Below are positions 25,444 through 35,136 of a stretch of DNA of 64,000 nt, piece by piece. Origin of the DNA: Candidatus Woesearchaeota archaeon (GTDB taxonomy: Archaea > Nanobdellota > Nanobdellia > Pacearchaeales > GW2011-AR1). The notes beneath the pieces were generated by a model. The model ran no database searches. It was not told the DNA's origin and worked only from the letters and a program-made list of their open reading frames with translations. The DNA lies in the NCBI GenBank assembly GCA_964547875.1, contig CAZJPE010000005.1, forward strand, positions 27,543-91,542, in the 5' to 3' direction. Made by a program: the position numbers and the translations under genes. Each line of letters begins with the position of its first letter. Position 1 is the stretch's first letter.

Positions 25444-26190
25444 TTATCTTTCAGACAATTCCCATAGATTATAGAAGAAAGTAGCAAAGGATTGTGCTAT
25501 CTCCGGATTTTTAATAGAAAGGCAAGATGGCTCTTCTCCATAAGTAAATATCAATACACGATTTTTCATAATATCGATCGCCGCTGGGGTAATTCCTTTG
25601 AGTATCTTTATTTTAATGAATTTCATCTTCTTAAGATTCTCATAATATTCTGAATTTTTCTCTGAAAAAATAAGCTTGCAAACAATCTTTTTATTTATCC
25701 TTTCTTTATGCCATCTCTGCCAAAGTAGATTATATTGTTCTCCTTTTGATGAACGAATGCCCATTGCTAGAACCTCATCGTTTTGATTTAAATCAGATAA
25801 TGCTTCGAATATTGCTGTTTGTATTCCTTTAAATCCCCTAAAAAGACGGATTTCATATTCTTTCTTACCAGCTCTCTCTAATGCTAATAATAACGGCATT
25901 TCTTTGATAAGCTGATGTTCTTTATCTTTTAATTCTCTTTCCTTTTCATGAAGAAAGTCGAGAATCCTGTTAGGTGAGGCCGCACTAAAATATTTTGTTT
26001 TTTCTTTGACAATGAAACTCGCTAAACCTTTTCGTATGAGTTTATCTAGAATTTCATAAATCTTGCCACTAGAAATTTGAGCTTCTTCAATAATCTTGCC
26101 TGTAGTAGTCTCGCCTATCTTAAGAAGGGCCGTATAAACTATAATTTCTCCTTTTGTAAGACCTATCTGCTCAAGTAGTTTTTCGTTCAT
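25444..26190 (-). CDS. TrmB-family transcriptional regulator.
   Basis: LLEQIGLTKGEIIVYTALLKIGETTTGKIIEEAQISSGKIYEILDKLIRKGL is the TrmB N-terminal wHTH. TrmB-like C-terminal domain. Confidence 0.65.
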   Translation of the reverse strand: MNEKLLEQIGLTKGEIIVYTALLKIGETTTGKIIEEAQISSGKIYEILDKLIRKGLASFIVKEKTKYFSAASPNRILDFLHEKERELKDKEHQLIKEMPLLLALERAGKKEYEIRLFRGFKGIQTAIFEALSDLNQNDEVLAMGIRSSKGEQYNLLWQRWHKERINKKIVCKLIFSEKNSEYYENLKKMKFIKIKILKGITPAAIDIMKNRVLIFTYGEEPSCLSIKNPEIAQSFATFFYNLWELSER

Positions 26191-26205
26191 AATATAAATT
26201 ATTTT

Positions 26206-26223
26206 ACAGATTATTTAAATCTT
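26206..26223. promoter_or_regulatory. Second copy of ACAGATTATTTAAATCTT, about 25-30 nt upstream of the TrmB ATG (minus strand). Likely TATA box plus operator.
   Basis: Identical to 8087-8104. TTTAAATA is centred about -27 relative to the ATG, which suggests a leaderless mRNA. Confidence 0.45.
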
Positions 26224-26284
26224 CTTATTTACACCTCACTTAGTAGGAGATAATATTTATAAATAAATATATATCTGCTTTAAA

Positions 26285-26827
26285 ATGGTAAAACTCGGTA
26301 TATTCGGTGGTTCTCGAATAGAGAATCCAAATGTTATTCCAGAACTTAGGCAGATTGGAAAACCTATCGTAGATGTAGAAGTTATTATAACAGGAGCATC
26401 ACCTGGCTATCCTTACGAGGTTGTTAAAGAGAGCTACAAGCAACCAAGAAAAACCCTTATTATCGGTATATCTCCTTTTTCAAATGAAGAAGAACACGTT
26501 GAAAGAGGATTAATAACAGATAGTCATGATCATATTTTTTACACGGGGCTCGGAACTCATCTTTCAGGAAATGAAGCATATCAGGCTAGAAATCATATAA
26601 ATACTGCTTTATCAGAAAGAGCATTAATTCTCCCTGGAAGAGAAGGAACATTAAGTGAATTAGAACTTTGCATACAACAAAGGAAGCCATTTATTTTATT
26701 TTCTGGAATAGATGCTTTATGGGATCGAAAAACAGAGGAAATGATAGAAAGATATGATTTTCGGCAATATTCTCGAGGAACTCATTGTGGGGAAATTATT
26801 GATTTTATTCTTGGGAGGCAAAAATGA
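26285..26827 (+). CDS. LOG/SLOG (TIGR00725-like) Rossmann-fold nucleotide-binding protein.
   Basis: 180 aa. GIFGGSR...IITGASPG pattern. Confidence 0.4.
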   Translation: MVKLGIFGGSRIENPNVIPELRQIGKPIVDVEVIITGASPGYPYEVVKESYKQPRKTLIIGISPFSNEEEHVERGLITDSHDHIFYTGLGTHLSGNEAYQARNHINTALSERALILPGREGTLSELELCIQQRKPFILFSGIDALWDRKTEEMIERYDFRQYSRGTHCGEIIDFILGRQK

Positions 26828-28212
26828 GTAAAAATAATTTCTTAATGAGCGAAGAAGACCTTCCTCTTTATGACCTTCCACAAATATTTGCAGCTTCTAC
26901 TACATGGTTTAAAGCTGGAATGAAAGATACTATTGCTACATTTGACTTGATTGTAAGAGAAATGCCGCCCCATAGAAATTTCCTTATTTTTAATGGATTG
27001 GAAGAAATTGTCAAGGGTATTTTGAACTGGAAATACAAAGAGGAAGATGTTCAATATCTTCTTAATGCAAGTCTTATCACATCAAAATTTGCAGAATATC
27101 TTAGAAACTTCAAATTTGGCGGCACAGTTTATGCAATGAAGGAGGGAACTGTCTTTTTCCAAGGAGAAACTATTGTAAGAATTACAGCACCCCTTATTGA
27201 AGCAAATCTTCTTACTATGTTTCTTATGAATACTTTATCAGGAAATACAATGTTTCTCTCAAAAGTTATCAGAAGTGTTATTGCTGCAAAACCAAAAATA
27301 TGCTTGGGAGTAGCCGGCTTACGTGCACAAAGCTTTGAGTCTGCTCTAAAATGTGCAAGGGCATCTTACATTGCAGGAGCAATTGGAGGCAATTCTGTGC
27401 CTGCTGTTGCTAAAAAATTGAATACTCCTCTTATTCAGCCACTTACAGTAGCTTACCATGCTGTCATTAAGTCTTTTCCAACAGAGTTAGAAGCTATGAG
27501 GAATATGGCTAACTTATTCAGAGGTAGAATAAGCCTTATGGTTGATACTTATGACTTTAATCAAGGAATTAAAAATGCTATTATAGTAGCTAAAGAATTA
27601 AAACAAAAAGGCCTTTCTTTATATGGAATAATGATTGATAGTGGAGATTTATCAAAGCTCTGTATTCAAGCAAGAAAGATGCTAGATGAAAATGGATTTC
27701 AAGATATTAAAATTACTATTGCCAGTAATCTTGATGAATATAAGATTCAAGAATTAAATGAGAAAAATATTCCAGCAAATGCGTTTCTTATTGCTACAGA
27801 GGCCATATCTATCCCTGACGCTCCTAAATTAGAAACGATTTACAAATTAGCTGAATTGAGATCTCAAAATAAAATTACTTACTGTGCAAAATTCGCCCCA
27901 GGAAAAGAAAGTTATCCAGGAAAAAAACAAATATTTAGAATTAAGAAAGAAGGAATTATTGAAAAAGACATTATTGGATTGGAAGACGAAAATCTCGGAG
28001 AATCACTTTTGATTGAAGTAATTAAAGATGGTAATTTAGTTTATGATCTGCCTAATCTGGATTATATTAAGCAATTTGTCAATATGCAAATTGGTCAGTT
28101 ACCAAGGCATCTTTTAGAGTTAGATAAACAACATAGCTTAAAAGTAGAGATCAGTCAAAAATTAGGCGAATTATTTGATAGAGTAAAAGAAGAACATAAT
28201 CCCTTTCATTAG
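26824..28212 (+). CDS. Nicotinate phosphoribosyltransferase-family protein.
   Basis: 462 aa. Its length and internal layout fit the NAPRTase/PncB family (N-terminal domain then the conserved TYDF motif region: MVDTYDFNQG). ATGA overlap with the upstream gene. Confidence 0.55.
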   Translation: MSKNNFLMSEEDLPLYDLPQIFAASTTWFKAGMKDTIATFDLIVREMPPHRNFLIFNGLEEIVKGILNWKYKEEDVQYLLNASLITSKFAEYLRNFKFGGTVYAMKEGTVFFQGETIVRITAPLIEANLLTMFLMNTLSGNTMFLSKVIRSVIAAKPKICLGVAGLRAQSFESALKCARASYIAGAIGGNSVPAVAKKLNTPLIQPLTVAYHAVIKSFPTELEAMRNMANLFRGRISLMVDTYDFNQGIKNAIIVAKELKQKGLSLYGIMIDSGDLSKLCIQARKMLDENGFQDIKITIASNLDEYKIQELNEKNIPANAFLIATEAISIPDAPKLETIYKLAELRSQNKITYCAKFAPGKESYPGKKQIFRIKKEGIIEKDIIGLEDENLGESLLIEVIKDGNLVYDLPNLDYIKQFVNMQIGQLPRHLLELDKQHSLKVEISQKLGELFDRVKEEHNPFH

Positions 28213-28287
28213 AAAATCAAGTTAGAATCCCTTTCAAATAAAATAATCTGACAAGGAATAATATATCCAATAAAAAACAAGACTAAA

Positions 28288-28473
28288 TTATCTTTCAAGT
28301 TGCCTTTCTTTTCTTCTCTTAACTTTATCTAAATTAGAAATTTCCTTCTCATAATAATCTGCTCTTTCTATGTTATCCTCTTCTATTGCAATTTCTCTTT
28401 TTCTTTTATGAATATTTATCTGCTCTTTCAAAGACGCAATTCCTTTCTCAAGCCTTTTTGATCTTTTCACCAT
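28288..28473 (-). CDS. Small basic protein, partner of the AbrB-NTase gene. Paralog of 9163-9369.
   Basis: 61 aa. ADYYEKEIS is conserved with 9163-9369 (VDYYEKEIA). Overlaps the 3' end of 28448-29260 by 26 nt. Confidence 0.45.
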   Translation of the reverse strand: MVKRSKRLEKGIASLKEQINIHKRKREIAIEEDNIERADYYEKEISNLDKVKRRKERQLER

Positions 28474-29260
28474 ATTTTTTTATTTCCTCTCGAAGAAGGT
28501 TAATTAATTTTTCAATTAATTCTATTCTAACTTTTTCTTTAATTTTTTTATTATTTTTTATGCTTTTATAAAAATCATAAATTTTATTAATCTCTTCCTC
28601 ACTCAATTCAGTTTTATAAATTAGCCACTTCCTAAATTCGTTATTAAAATATTTTTTATTTTTTAAAATACAATTCATCATATAAATGCCTCTTAATCTT
28701 AACAATAAGGAATAAATAATTTCTTTAGATTCGAGATTTTTGCCTTTTATTCTATCTAATTCAACAATCTTTTTGTTAATGCCCATTATTCTTTTGCATT
28801 CTTTAATATAATTACTAAAATTTTTTAAAGAAATATTTATAGAAATAAGTTCTTCCAATAACGACTTATTAATTATAGGTTTAGCTTCTAATAAACTAGG
28901 CAATATCATAATAGGACTTTTTTTAATTGTACTTTTTATGCTTTTAAGGGCATATATATCAATATCATAAATTCCAGAGATTATGTGTTTCCTGATATTT
29001 TTTGAGATAGCAATAATATCTATGTCGGAATCTGCTCGCTGTTCGTTTCTTGCATAACTCCCTACTAAATAAATGCCGATAATGTCGTTTAAATAAGGAT
29101 CAAGAATGTTTAAAATCTCATTTTTAATCTCGTTAGTTCTGTCTATCAAAATAATCTTGACTTGCTTTCCAAGCCATTCTCTAGGCAATAAAACTCCAGC
29201 ACCATTGCCCCATCTAACAACATTTAACATTTCTTCCATGTTTAAACATAGTTTAAACAT
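28448..29260 (-). CDS. AbrB/SpoVT-like plus nucleotidyltransferase fusion protein. Paralog of 9335-10129.
   Basis: VVRWGNGAGVLLPREWL. GIYLVGSYARNEQRADSDIDIIAI. About 45% identity to 9335-10129 over the full length. Confidence 0.6.
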   Translation of the reverse strand: MFKLCLNMEEMLNVVRWGNGAGVLLPREWLGKQVKIILIDRTNEIKNEILNILDPYLNDIIGIYLVGSYARNEQRADSDIDIIAISKNIRKHIISGIYDIDIYALKSIKSTIKKSPIMILPSLLEAKPIINKSLLEELISINISLKNFSNYIKECKRIMGINKKIVELDRIKGKNLESKEIIYSLLLRLRGIYMMNCILKNKKYFNNEFRKWLIYKTELSEEEINKIYDFYKSIKNNKKIKEKVRIELIEKLINLLREEIKKYGEKIKKA

Positions 29261-29357
29261 CTTTATAAACCTTTTGACATAAAAAGTATTAAAAACCTTC
29301 TCGTATAGATACCCTTATGGTTGCTGGATTCATAAAAACCCGCCGGAGGTTTTTATT

Positions 29358-30281
29358 ATGAAACATTCTATAGCCATCGTCGTTCTACTTTTAGGCATGT
29401 TTTTTATCACGCAATTAATTGGAATAGCAGTAATTAATCAATATACTCCTAAAATAGAGCAAGTGATAGACGAGCAAGGGAATCTGACAAATATAACGAC
29501 TTATAATCTCCCATATGGAATGGATCCTCCCCAAGACATCAAGCCAGCCAGTACGCTTATTTCAATAATAATAGCGATTGCGATTGCAGTAATCTTTATG
29601 TTGCTCTTGATGAAATATAGGGCAGAATTCTTCTTAAGAGCATGGTTTTTCATTGTCGTAGCATTAGCATTAGGAATAACGTTAAATGCATTTATGCAAA
29701 AAATCCAATATGCTTCATTGATAGCAATTTTAATAGCAATTCCATTGGCGATATTAAAGCTCATCAAAAGAAACATTATTGTACATAATCTCACAGAACT
29801 GCTCATTTATCCAGGAATTGCAGCAATTTTTGTCCCTCTCTTGAATGTTTGGACAGTAATTTTGCTTCTAATTTTAATCTCAATCTACGACATTTACGCT
29901 GTATGGCACGCGGGCTTCATGCAGAAAATGGCGCAATATCAGATTAAAAAATTAAAATTCTTTACAGGCTTTTTCGTCCCGTATTTAGGAAAAAAAGAAA
30001 GAGCATCTCTTCAGGAAATTAAAAAAAATGTCAAATTTAAAGATAAAAAGATAAAAGTAAGCGTCGCAATACTTGGAGGAGGCGATGTTATTTTTCCTAT
30101 AATACTCGCAGGCGTTGTATTTAACCAGCTCGGTTTTATTCAAGCGCTTCTAATAAGCATAGGAGCAACAATAGCACTAGCCTCGCTCTTTTACATCTCA
30201 AAAAAAGGTAAATTCTATCCTGCAATGCCGTTCATATCAGCAGGATGTTTTGTCGCATTAGGAATAGCTTTTTTAGTTTGA
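29358..30281 (+). CDS. Presenilin/signal-peptide-peptidase-like intramembrane aspartyl protease (A22 family).
   Basis: Polytopic. YD motif (ISIYDIYAV). GxGD motif (LGGGDVIFPI). PAL-like motif (YPAMPF). Confidence 0.5.
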   Translation: MKHSIAIVVLLLGMFFITQLIGIAVINQYTPKIEQVIDEQGNLTNITTYNLPYGMDPPQDIKPASTLISIIIAIAIAVIFMLLLMKYRAEFFLRAWFFIVVALALGITLNAFMQKIQYASLIAILIAIPLAILKLIKRNIIVHNLTELLIYPGIAAIFVPLLNVWTVILLLILISIYDIYAVWHAGFMQKMAQYQIKKLKFFTGFFVPYLGKKERASLQEIKKNVKFKDKKIKVSVAILGGGDVIFPIILAGVVFNQLGFIQALLISIGATIALASLFYISKKGKFYPAMPFISAGCFVALGIAFLV

Positions 30282-30396
30282 TTATCATAATGTGCATTTA
30301 TACCCCAGATATCTGCCCCCAATAAAGCAGTATTTGTCATAACTCCATAATGAACAAAAACGAAAGGTTTAAATACTGCTTTATTGTCACTCCTTT

Positions 30397-31200
30397 ATGA
30401 TAATGAAGCAAGATTTAGTGAATAGAATTAAAGAATATTTTGATCTTAATATTTACGAAACTAAAGTATGGATAGCTTTGCTTTCAAAAGGTATTGCCTC
30501 AGCAGGTGAGGTTGCAGAGCTTTCAGGAGTTCCAAGATCAAGAACCTATGATGTTCTGGAGTCTCTTGAAAAAAGGGGCTTCGCAATAGTTAAAATAGGA
30601 AAGCCAGTAAAATATCTTGCTGTAAAGCCAACTGAAGTCATTGAGAAGATTAAATCAAATACATTAAATGAAGCTCAAGAAAGAGTCAAATCCCTATCTA
30701 ATTTAAAAGGAAGCCAAGAATACATGGAATTAGAGCAGATATACGATGCAGGAATTGTCCCGATAAAATCGCAGGATATTACGGCAGCGCTCAAAGGACG
30801 TTCTAATATTCTATCAAGACTAAAAGAAATTATAGAAAACGCCAAGAAAGAAATATTAATCTGCACGTCTGTTACTGATTTTGAAGACAAGAATCGTATA
30901 TTAATTCCACTATTAGAAAAAGCACTAAAGAAAGACATAAAAATCAAGCTTGCGCTTTCAGGCGATATGGAAAGAATAAAGAGATTAAATATAAAATCTG
31001 ACATAAAGCCCCGTCCTATTGACTCAAATGCGCATATCTTTATGGCAGACAAGAACGAGGTTTTATTCATAATCACTCCTCCAAATTCAAATGACGAAAT
31101 AGGAGTCTGGCTTAACTCTCCGTTCTTCACAGAATCTCTTACAGACATTATAGAAAACTCGCTTAAAGCCCAAGCACAGCAAAAATTAAAAGCCCAATAA
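30397..31200 (+). CDS. TrmB-family transcriptional regulator.
   Basis: IYETKVWIALLSKGIASAGEVAELSGVPRSRTYDVLESLEKRGF is the wHTH. TrmB_C-like C-terminus. Confidence 0.6.
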   Translation: MIMKQDLVNRIKEYFDLNIYETKVWIALLSKGIASAGEVAELSGVPRSRTYDVLESLEKRGFAIVKIGKPVKYLAVKPTEVIEKIKSNTLNEAQERVKSLSNLKGSQEYMELEQIYDAGIVPIKSQDITAALKGRSNILSRLKEIIENAKKEILICTSVTDFEDKNRILIPLLEKALKKDIKIKLALSGDMERIKRLNIKSDIKPRPIDSNAHIFMADKNEVLFIITPPNSNDEIGVWLNSPFFTESLTDIIENSLKAQAQQKLKAQ

Positions 31201-31213
31201 TTTCAATAAAACC

Positions 31214-32077
31214 ATGGCAAGAATTAAATCTGAATTAGTGCTTCTTGAGCCAATCATAGAAAAATATTCATTTGCAAGAATCCTTGACGCAGACGAAAAA
31301 AGGGAATTATATCAAGAAGTAAATGAAATTGTAGAAAGAGATTACGAAAACATTCCGGCTTTTCCAGCTTATTGGAAATTTAATGAAGAGACAGGGAAAA
31401 TAAATGGCTCAAATCTTCCTATACTTATTCTTGCTAACAAAATTCTCGCCAAGAAAAACCAGAGAACACTTACATTCGTAGAAGGAATTAAATTAGATAA
31501 AGCTAAAAAATTAAGCAATGAAGTTTATAGGGATTTTGGCTTAGTAGTTTATAGTCCAGGAGAGCCAAACAAGGAAATAGCTGAATTGCTTGTTAAAGAA
31601 GCAAATAGAAGAAATTGGGAATTGCCAGTAATAGCCCATCCATCTGCTTTAGAAATTCCTTCAAGAAAGGCGAATAATAATTATAGAATAGACATACTAT
31701 TTTCAGATAATGATTCTTTAATCATTTCAGGAGAAGAAGCAAGAGAAGTTCTAAAAGAATTCTACGCTCATAATTCTGGCGTTTGCAGGCTGGACCGCGG
31801 CGGGCTCGGCTTCTGGGATGCCGGCTGGGACCTCTTGGCCAGCTCTTATGCTGACGGTCGGGTGGATTGGATTCGTGGCGAAGCCACGCACGAAAATTTA
31901 GAGAGAGAATTATTCGCTGAAATTGAAAGAAGTGCACAAAAATCACCTTATTCAACAAAAGAAGCATTAAAAATGTATAAAGTTGTTGAAGAAATAAGAA
32001 AAGGCGATGTAAAAATTTCTGATTTAGAATCAAGATTATCTCAAGTTTCAAGTTTTCTTGAAAATCTCTCTAAATAA
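31214..32077 (+). CDS. Hypothetical protein, paralog A of a recently duplicated pair. It carries a GC-rich hypervariable segment (candidate DGR variable region).
   Basis: 287 aa. About 88% nucleotide identity to 52236-53066 over roughly 560 nt upstream of the island. The island encodes ...NSGVCRLDRGGLGFWDAGWDLLASSYADGRVDWIRGEAT... Confidence 0.6.
   Translation: MARIKSELVLLEPIIEKYSFARILDADEKRELYQEVNEIVERDYENIPAFPAYWKFNEETGKINGSNLPILILANKILAKKNQRTLTFVEGIKLDKAKKLSNEVYRDFGLVVYSPGEPNKEIAELLVKEANRRNWELPVIAHPSALEIPSRKANNNYRIDILFSDNDSLIISGEEAREVLKEFYAHNSGVCRLDRGGLGFWDAGWDLLASSYADGRVDWIRGEATHENLERELFAEIERSAQKSPYSTKEALKMYKVVEEIRKGDVKISDLESRLSQVSSFLENLSK
31790..31891 (+). other. Hypervariable GC-rich island A (candidate DGR variable region).
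   Basis: 102 nt at over 65% GC, with GC-rich third codon positions, inside an AT-rich gene. It differs from island B at about 30 positions, almost all in codon positions 1-2. Confidence 0.5.
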
Positions 32078-32170
32078 TCTTATTAGCTACATTAAGAAAA
32101 AAGATTATAAGCAAGATTAATAAAGAAAAACAAATAACTTTAAAAATTCTGATTTTATTAATATATCAGC

Positions 32171-32863
32171 GTGTCTAAAAAATACCGTCCAGACAAAGAA
32201 GAATACATAGAAGGAATTGGTCAATTTCTATATAATATAAAAATTCCTTCATTTGACAAATCTCTCGAGGCATTGGCAGATATGGGTGCTTCTATTCCAT
32301 CAACAAGAGATTTTGCCTTTGTAATAATAAAAACAGGAAGAGAAATCTATGGCCCTGTAAGAGAAGCGATAATTCATTATCCTAACGAAGGGAATTTATT
32401 AATAAGAAACTCCTTAATTCTTGAATCTAAAGCGTTGGCAGAATCAGGCGCAATCGCCCATGCGCATGGAAAAGAGATTTATCTTGAAGGAGAACACGAG
32501 GAAAAAGCAAGGCTCCTTCTTGAAAAAGCAAAAAAATATCCTGAAAATGACGAAGCAATATTTTTAAGAAATCATCTCCTTATTTCAACACAAAGATTCT
32601 CTGAAGATAAAAGAATAAAATGGCTTTTTGGCGATACGCAAGAAGATATTAATGCTATTTTAAATAAAGAACATATAAAAGAGATATCCTTCCATGTCGA
32701 CTCAAAAGACGAAGTCAATAGGCATGCGAAACCCTATACAAACCAATTATGGCTTACGCTCTTTAGCAAAGACATGTCGGGTTTTTCAGGGAATTTAAAA
32801 TTTTTTCATAATAGTATCTCTATTCATGCTGTTAAAAAACCTAAACCAGATCAATCCCACTAA
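32171..32863 (+). CDS. Hypothetical protein (230 aa).
   Basis: Clean ORF, no recognisable motif. Confidence 0.4.
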   Translation: MSKKYRPDKEEYIEGIGQFLYNIKIPSFDKSLEALADMGASIPSTRDFAFVIIKTGREIYGPVREAIIHYPNEGNLLIRNSLILESKALAESGAIAHAHGKEIYLEGEHEEKARLLLEKAKKYPENDEAIFLRNHLLISTQRFSEDKRIKWLFGDTQEDINAILNKEHIKEISFHVDSKDEVNRHAKPYTNQLWLTLFSKDMSGFSGNLKFFHNSISIHAVKKPKPDQSH

Positions 32864-34121
32864 TTCCCATATCTCTTATTTTATCTCTTTGCTTTTCTTT
32901 AAACCTTTCTAAGAATTCCTTAAGAGAAAAATTAACTATCTCTCTCGCATGCAAAAAACCGCCCTTCTCAAATGCATTTTTATTGTATCTCTTAAAAGCA
33001 TCAGCCTGCTTTTTCATGCTAATAGGCGGTCCTTGCTTAATAACCTCCTTCTTAGACTTGGCAACAATGTAAAAATTAGAATCCTTTCCCTCACTATAGA
33101 GAAATTCCTTTTTTAAAATATCAAAATATCTCGCAATTTCTGATTCCAGAAATCTAGAAAATTTCCTCATTTTTGCTCCAGCAATATCGCCTGCCTGTCT
33201 TTCAGTAGTTATTGTAATATCCAAAAATTCTGCATTTTCATCCTTAGCAAATCCCCGCAGCTTATCAATGTCTAATTCATCTGGCTTAAAAAAATCTGCA
33301 GAGGGCCTTTTTAAAAATTTCCTAGCCCTATCCTGAAATTTATTAAAACTCTCTTTATTTAAAGCAGACAATACGTTTCTTTCCTTCCATGTAGGATCAA
33401 CTAAGATAATAGGACTTTGCAATTTATTTTCATTCAATGAAAAAAGCACATCAGACTTATTCTTATAATGCCCTTCAATATCAATTACTATTCTATCCTT
33501 TGCAGAAATTAATTTTTTAAGCATATTGACAAATGTTTTATAATAGATTGTTAAGCATTCAAGTCCATATCCAGAAAATCCCAAAATATATGTTTCAGCC
33601 CCATAAACGCCCTGTGCTTCACAGAATTGTTTGGCTAATAAAATTTCACTAGCAATATTATTACCTCTTAATTTTTTTCTTACATAATTCACGTGAAAAT
33701 AGCTCAAATCAGTTACATTTCTTGCCTCTTTAGGGGTTTTTATTCTATATACCGGAACTATCTCAAAATATAAATTATTCTTTGTTTCTAATCTAAAATA
33801 ATCCCTGCTCCCATGTATCTTTAAAAAATTCAAGTTTAATCTTCTCCCAGCATTCTTCACAATGTTCTCTAAGATATCAGATATATTATCCAGCTTCCAA
33901 TTAAATCTTACGAAAATATCAATGTCGTATTTGTTTTTTTTAACTAAAGTTCTCTTTGCATAACTCCCCCCGACAAATACCTCTGCATCAATCTTTTCAT
34001 TTTTTATCTCCTCTTTTAGCTTTTCAACTATATTTTCTGTCTCTTGCTTCAAATAACTCATAGTTTTATTATCAAGGACAAGCTGCCTTGTCTGTTCATT
34101 AAGTATACTCTTTAAATTCAT
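32841..34121 (-). CDS. cca: Archaeal-type (class I) CCA-adding tRNA nucleotidyltransferase.
   Basis: 426 aa. VFVGGSYAKRTLVKKNKYDIDIFV is the class I NTase motif (GS...DxD). Length and layout are typical of archaeal CCA enzymes. Confidence 0.55.
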   Translation of the reverse strand: MNLKSILNEQTRQLVLDNKTMSYLKQETENIVEKLKEEIKNEKIDAEVFVGGSYAKRTLVKKNKYDIDIFVRFNWKLDNISDILENIVKNAGRRLNLNFLKIHGSRDYFRLETKNNLYFEIVPVYRIKTPKEARNVTDLSYFHVNYVRKKLRGNNIASEILLAKQFCEAQGVYGAETYILGFSGYGLECLTIYYKTFVNMLKKLISAKDRIVIDIEGHYKNKSDVLFSLNENKLQSPIILVDPTWKERNVLSALNKESFNKFQDRARKFLKRPSADFFKPDELDIDKLRGFAKDENAEFLDITITTERQAGDIAGAKMRKFSRFLESEIARYFDILKKEFLYSEGKDSNFYIVAKSKKEVIKQGPPISMKKQADAFKRYNKNAFEKGGFLHAREIVNFSLKEFLERFKEKQRDKIRDMGISGIDLV

Positions 34122-34145
34122 ACCAAAAGAAAATAATATATCTTT

Positions 34146-34535
34146 TTAATCCTTCCGTAAATCTTCTTTTACATATGGAGTAATATCAATAATGTATTTC
34201 CCATCCTCTAGTTGATAAACCCTTGGCTTTCCAGAAAACAGCTTGGACAGATCAATTAAATATTTTCCTTCTTTAATAATCTTCACGCTCTCAAAATCAA
34301 GAAATACAGGCGCTTCTTCATCTTTAATGCCTGCGATTTCTCTAACGTCTTGTTCAATTTTGTTCTTTTCATTAGAACTGAGCTCCATGTCAGCATATAA
34401 TTTATCGCCAATTTGTTGCAATTTCTCCTTCTTTATATAAAAGAAAAATTTCCCTCCACAATCCAAGCACCCTGTTAAAATCTCTTTTGAACCATCATCA
34501 TAAAGCTTAGAGCAATGAACGCATTTATATGGCAT
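34146..34535 (-). CDS. Zn-ribbon protein (archaeal conserved, GTPase-associated module).
   Basis: CVHCSKLYDDGSKEILTGCLDCGGKFF is a C4 zinc ribbon. Confidence 0.45.
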   Translation of the reverse strand: MPYKCVHCSKLYDDGSKEILTGCLDCGGKFFFYIKKEKLQQIGDKLYADMELSSNEKNKIEQDVREIAGIKDEEAPVFLDFESVKIIKEGKYLIDLSKLFSGKPRVYQLEDGKYIIDITPYVKEDLRKD

Positions 34536-34704
34536 AAAAAATTTACAAAAACAAAGTTAATAAATATTAGTATAATCTGATTTTATTCTTATAGTGTCTC
34601 GTCACGAGGCTAGCCTGTAGCAACCAAAACTTTAAATATAAGGTAAGATTAATCTTGCCATGGTAAAAATAGACATTAAGTCAAAAAAATCTACAAAAGC
34701 AATT

Positions 34705-35136
34705 CTAGCTCAACAGTAGCTCAATTTTCTTAGGGTCTTTCTTAATCTCCTTTACTAATGAAGCAGGACCAATAACAGTAAGCGCATTATTATCCCCAAC
34801 AAGTCTCTTCGCAATTCCATATCTCATCTTGACAAAGATATTTTCGTTTTTTATGTCAGGCTCAACTACTGCAAGCTCTATTCCCTTAAAATCTCTGATA
34901 TGGTCAACCATAGCCATCGTATCTTCAATCAAGCGCGCTTCTTCTTCAGCCCGCAATCTGCCATGCAAAATCACGATTTTATTGCCCAAAACAAGGTTTA
35001 ATATTTTCTTGACTCTTTCAGCAATGCCCATTTCCCTAACCTCTGAAAATGGCATGACTTGTATCTGCAATCCACTTTTTTTTAACTTTTTCATCTTATC
35101 TTTATAATTTTTTAGCCAGCTTAAATAAAGATTCAT
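34705..35136 (-). CDS. Hypothetical protein co-transcribed with the small GTPase.
   Basis: 143 aa. Start overlaps the GTPase gene end by 35 nt. Confidence 0.45.
   Translation of the reverse strand: MNLYLSWLKNYKDKMKKLKKSGLQIQVMPFSEVREMGIAERVKKILNLVLGNKIVILHGRLRAEEEARLIEDTMAMVDHIRDFKGIELAVVEPDIKNENIFVKMRYGIAKRLVGDNNALTVIGPASLVKEIKKDPKKIELLLS

Noticed and set aside
31722-32051. Minus-strand 109-aa ORF rich in Arg/Pro/Leu.
   Set aside because: It is antisense to paralog A and exists only because the GC-rich hypervariable island removes stop codons. There is no start context.
34540-34700. A possible C/D-box small RNA in the 170-bp gap containing the gtctcgtcacgaggc hairpin.
   Set aside because: No convincing C (RUGAUGA) and D (CUGA) box pair with correct spacing on either strand. 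It is more likely a terminator or promoter region.
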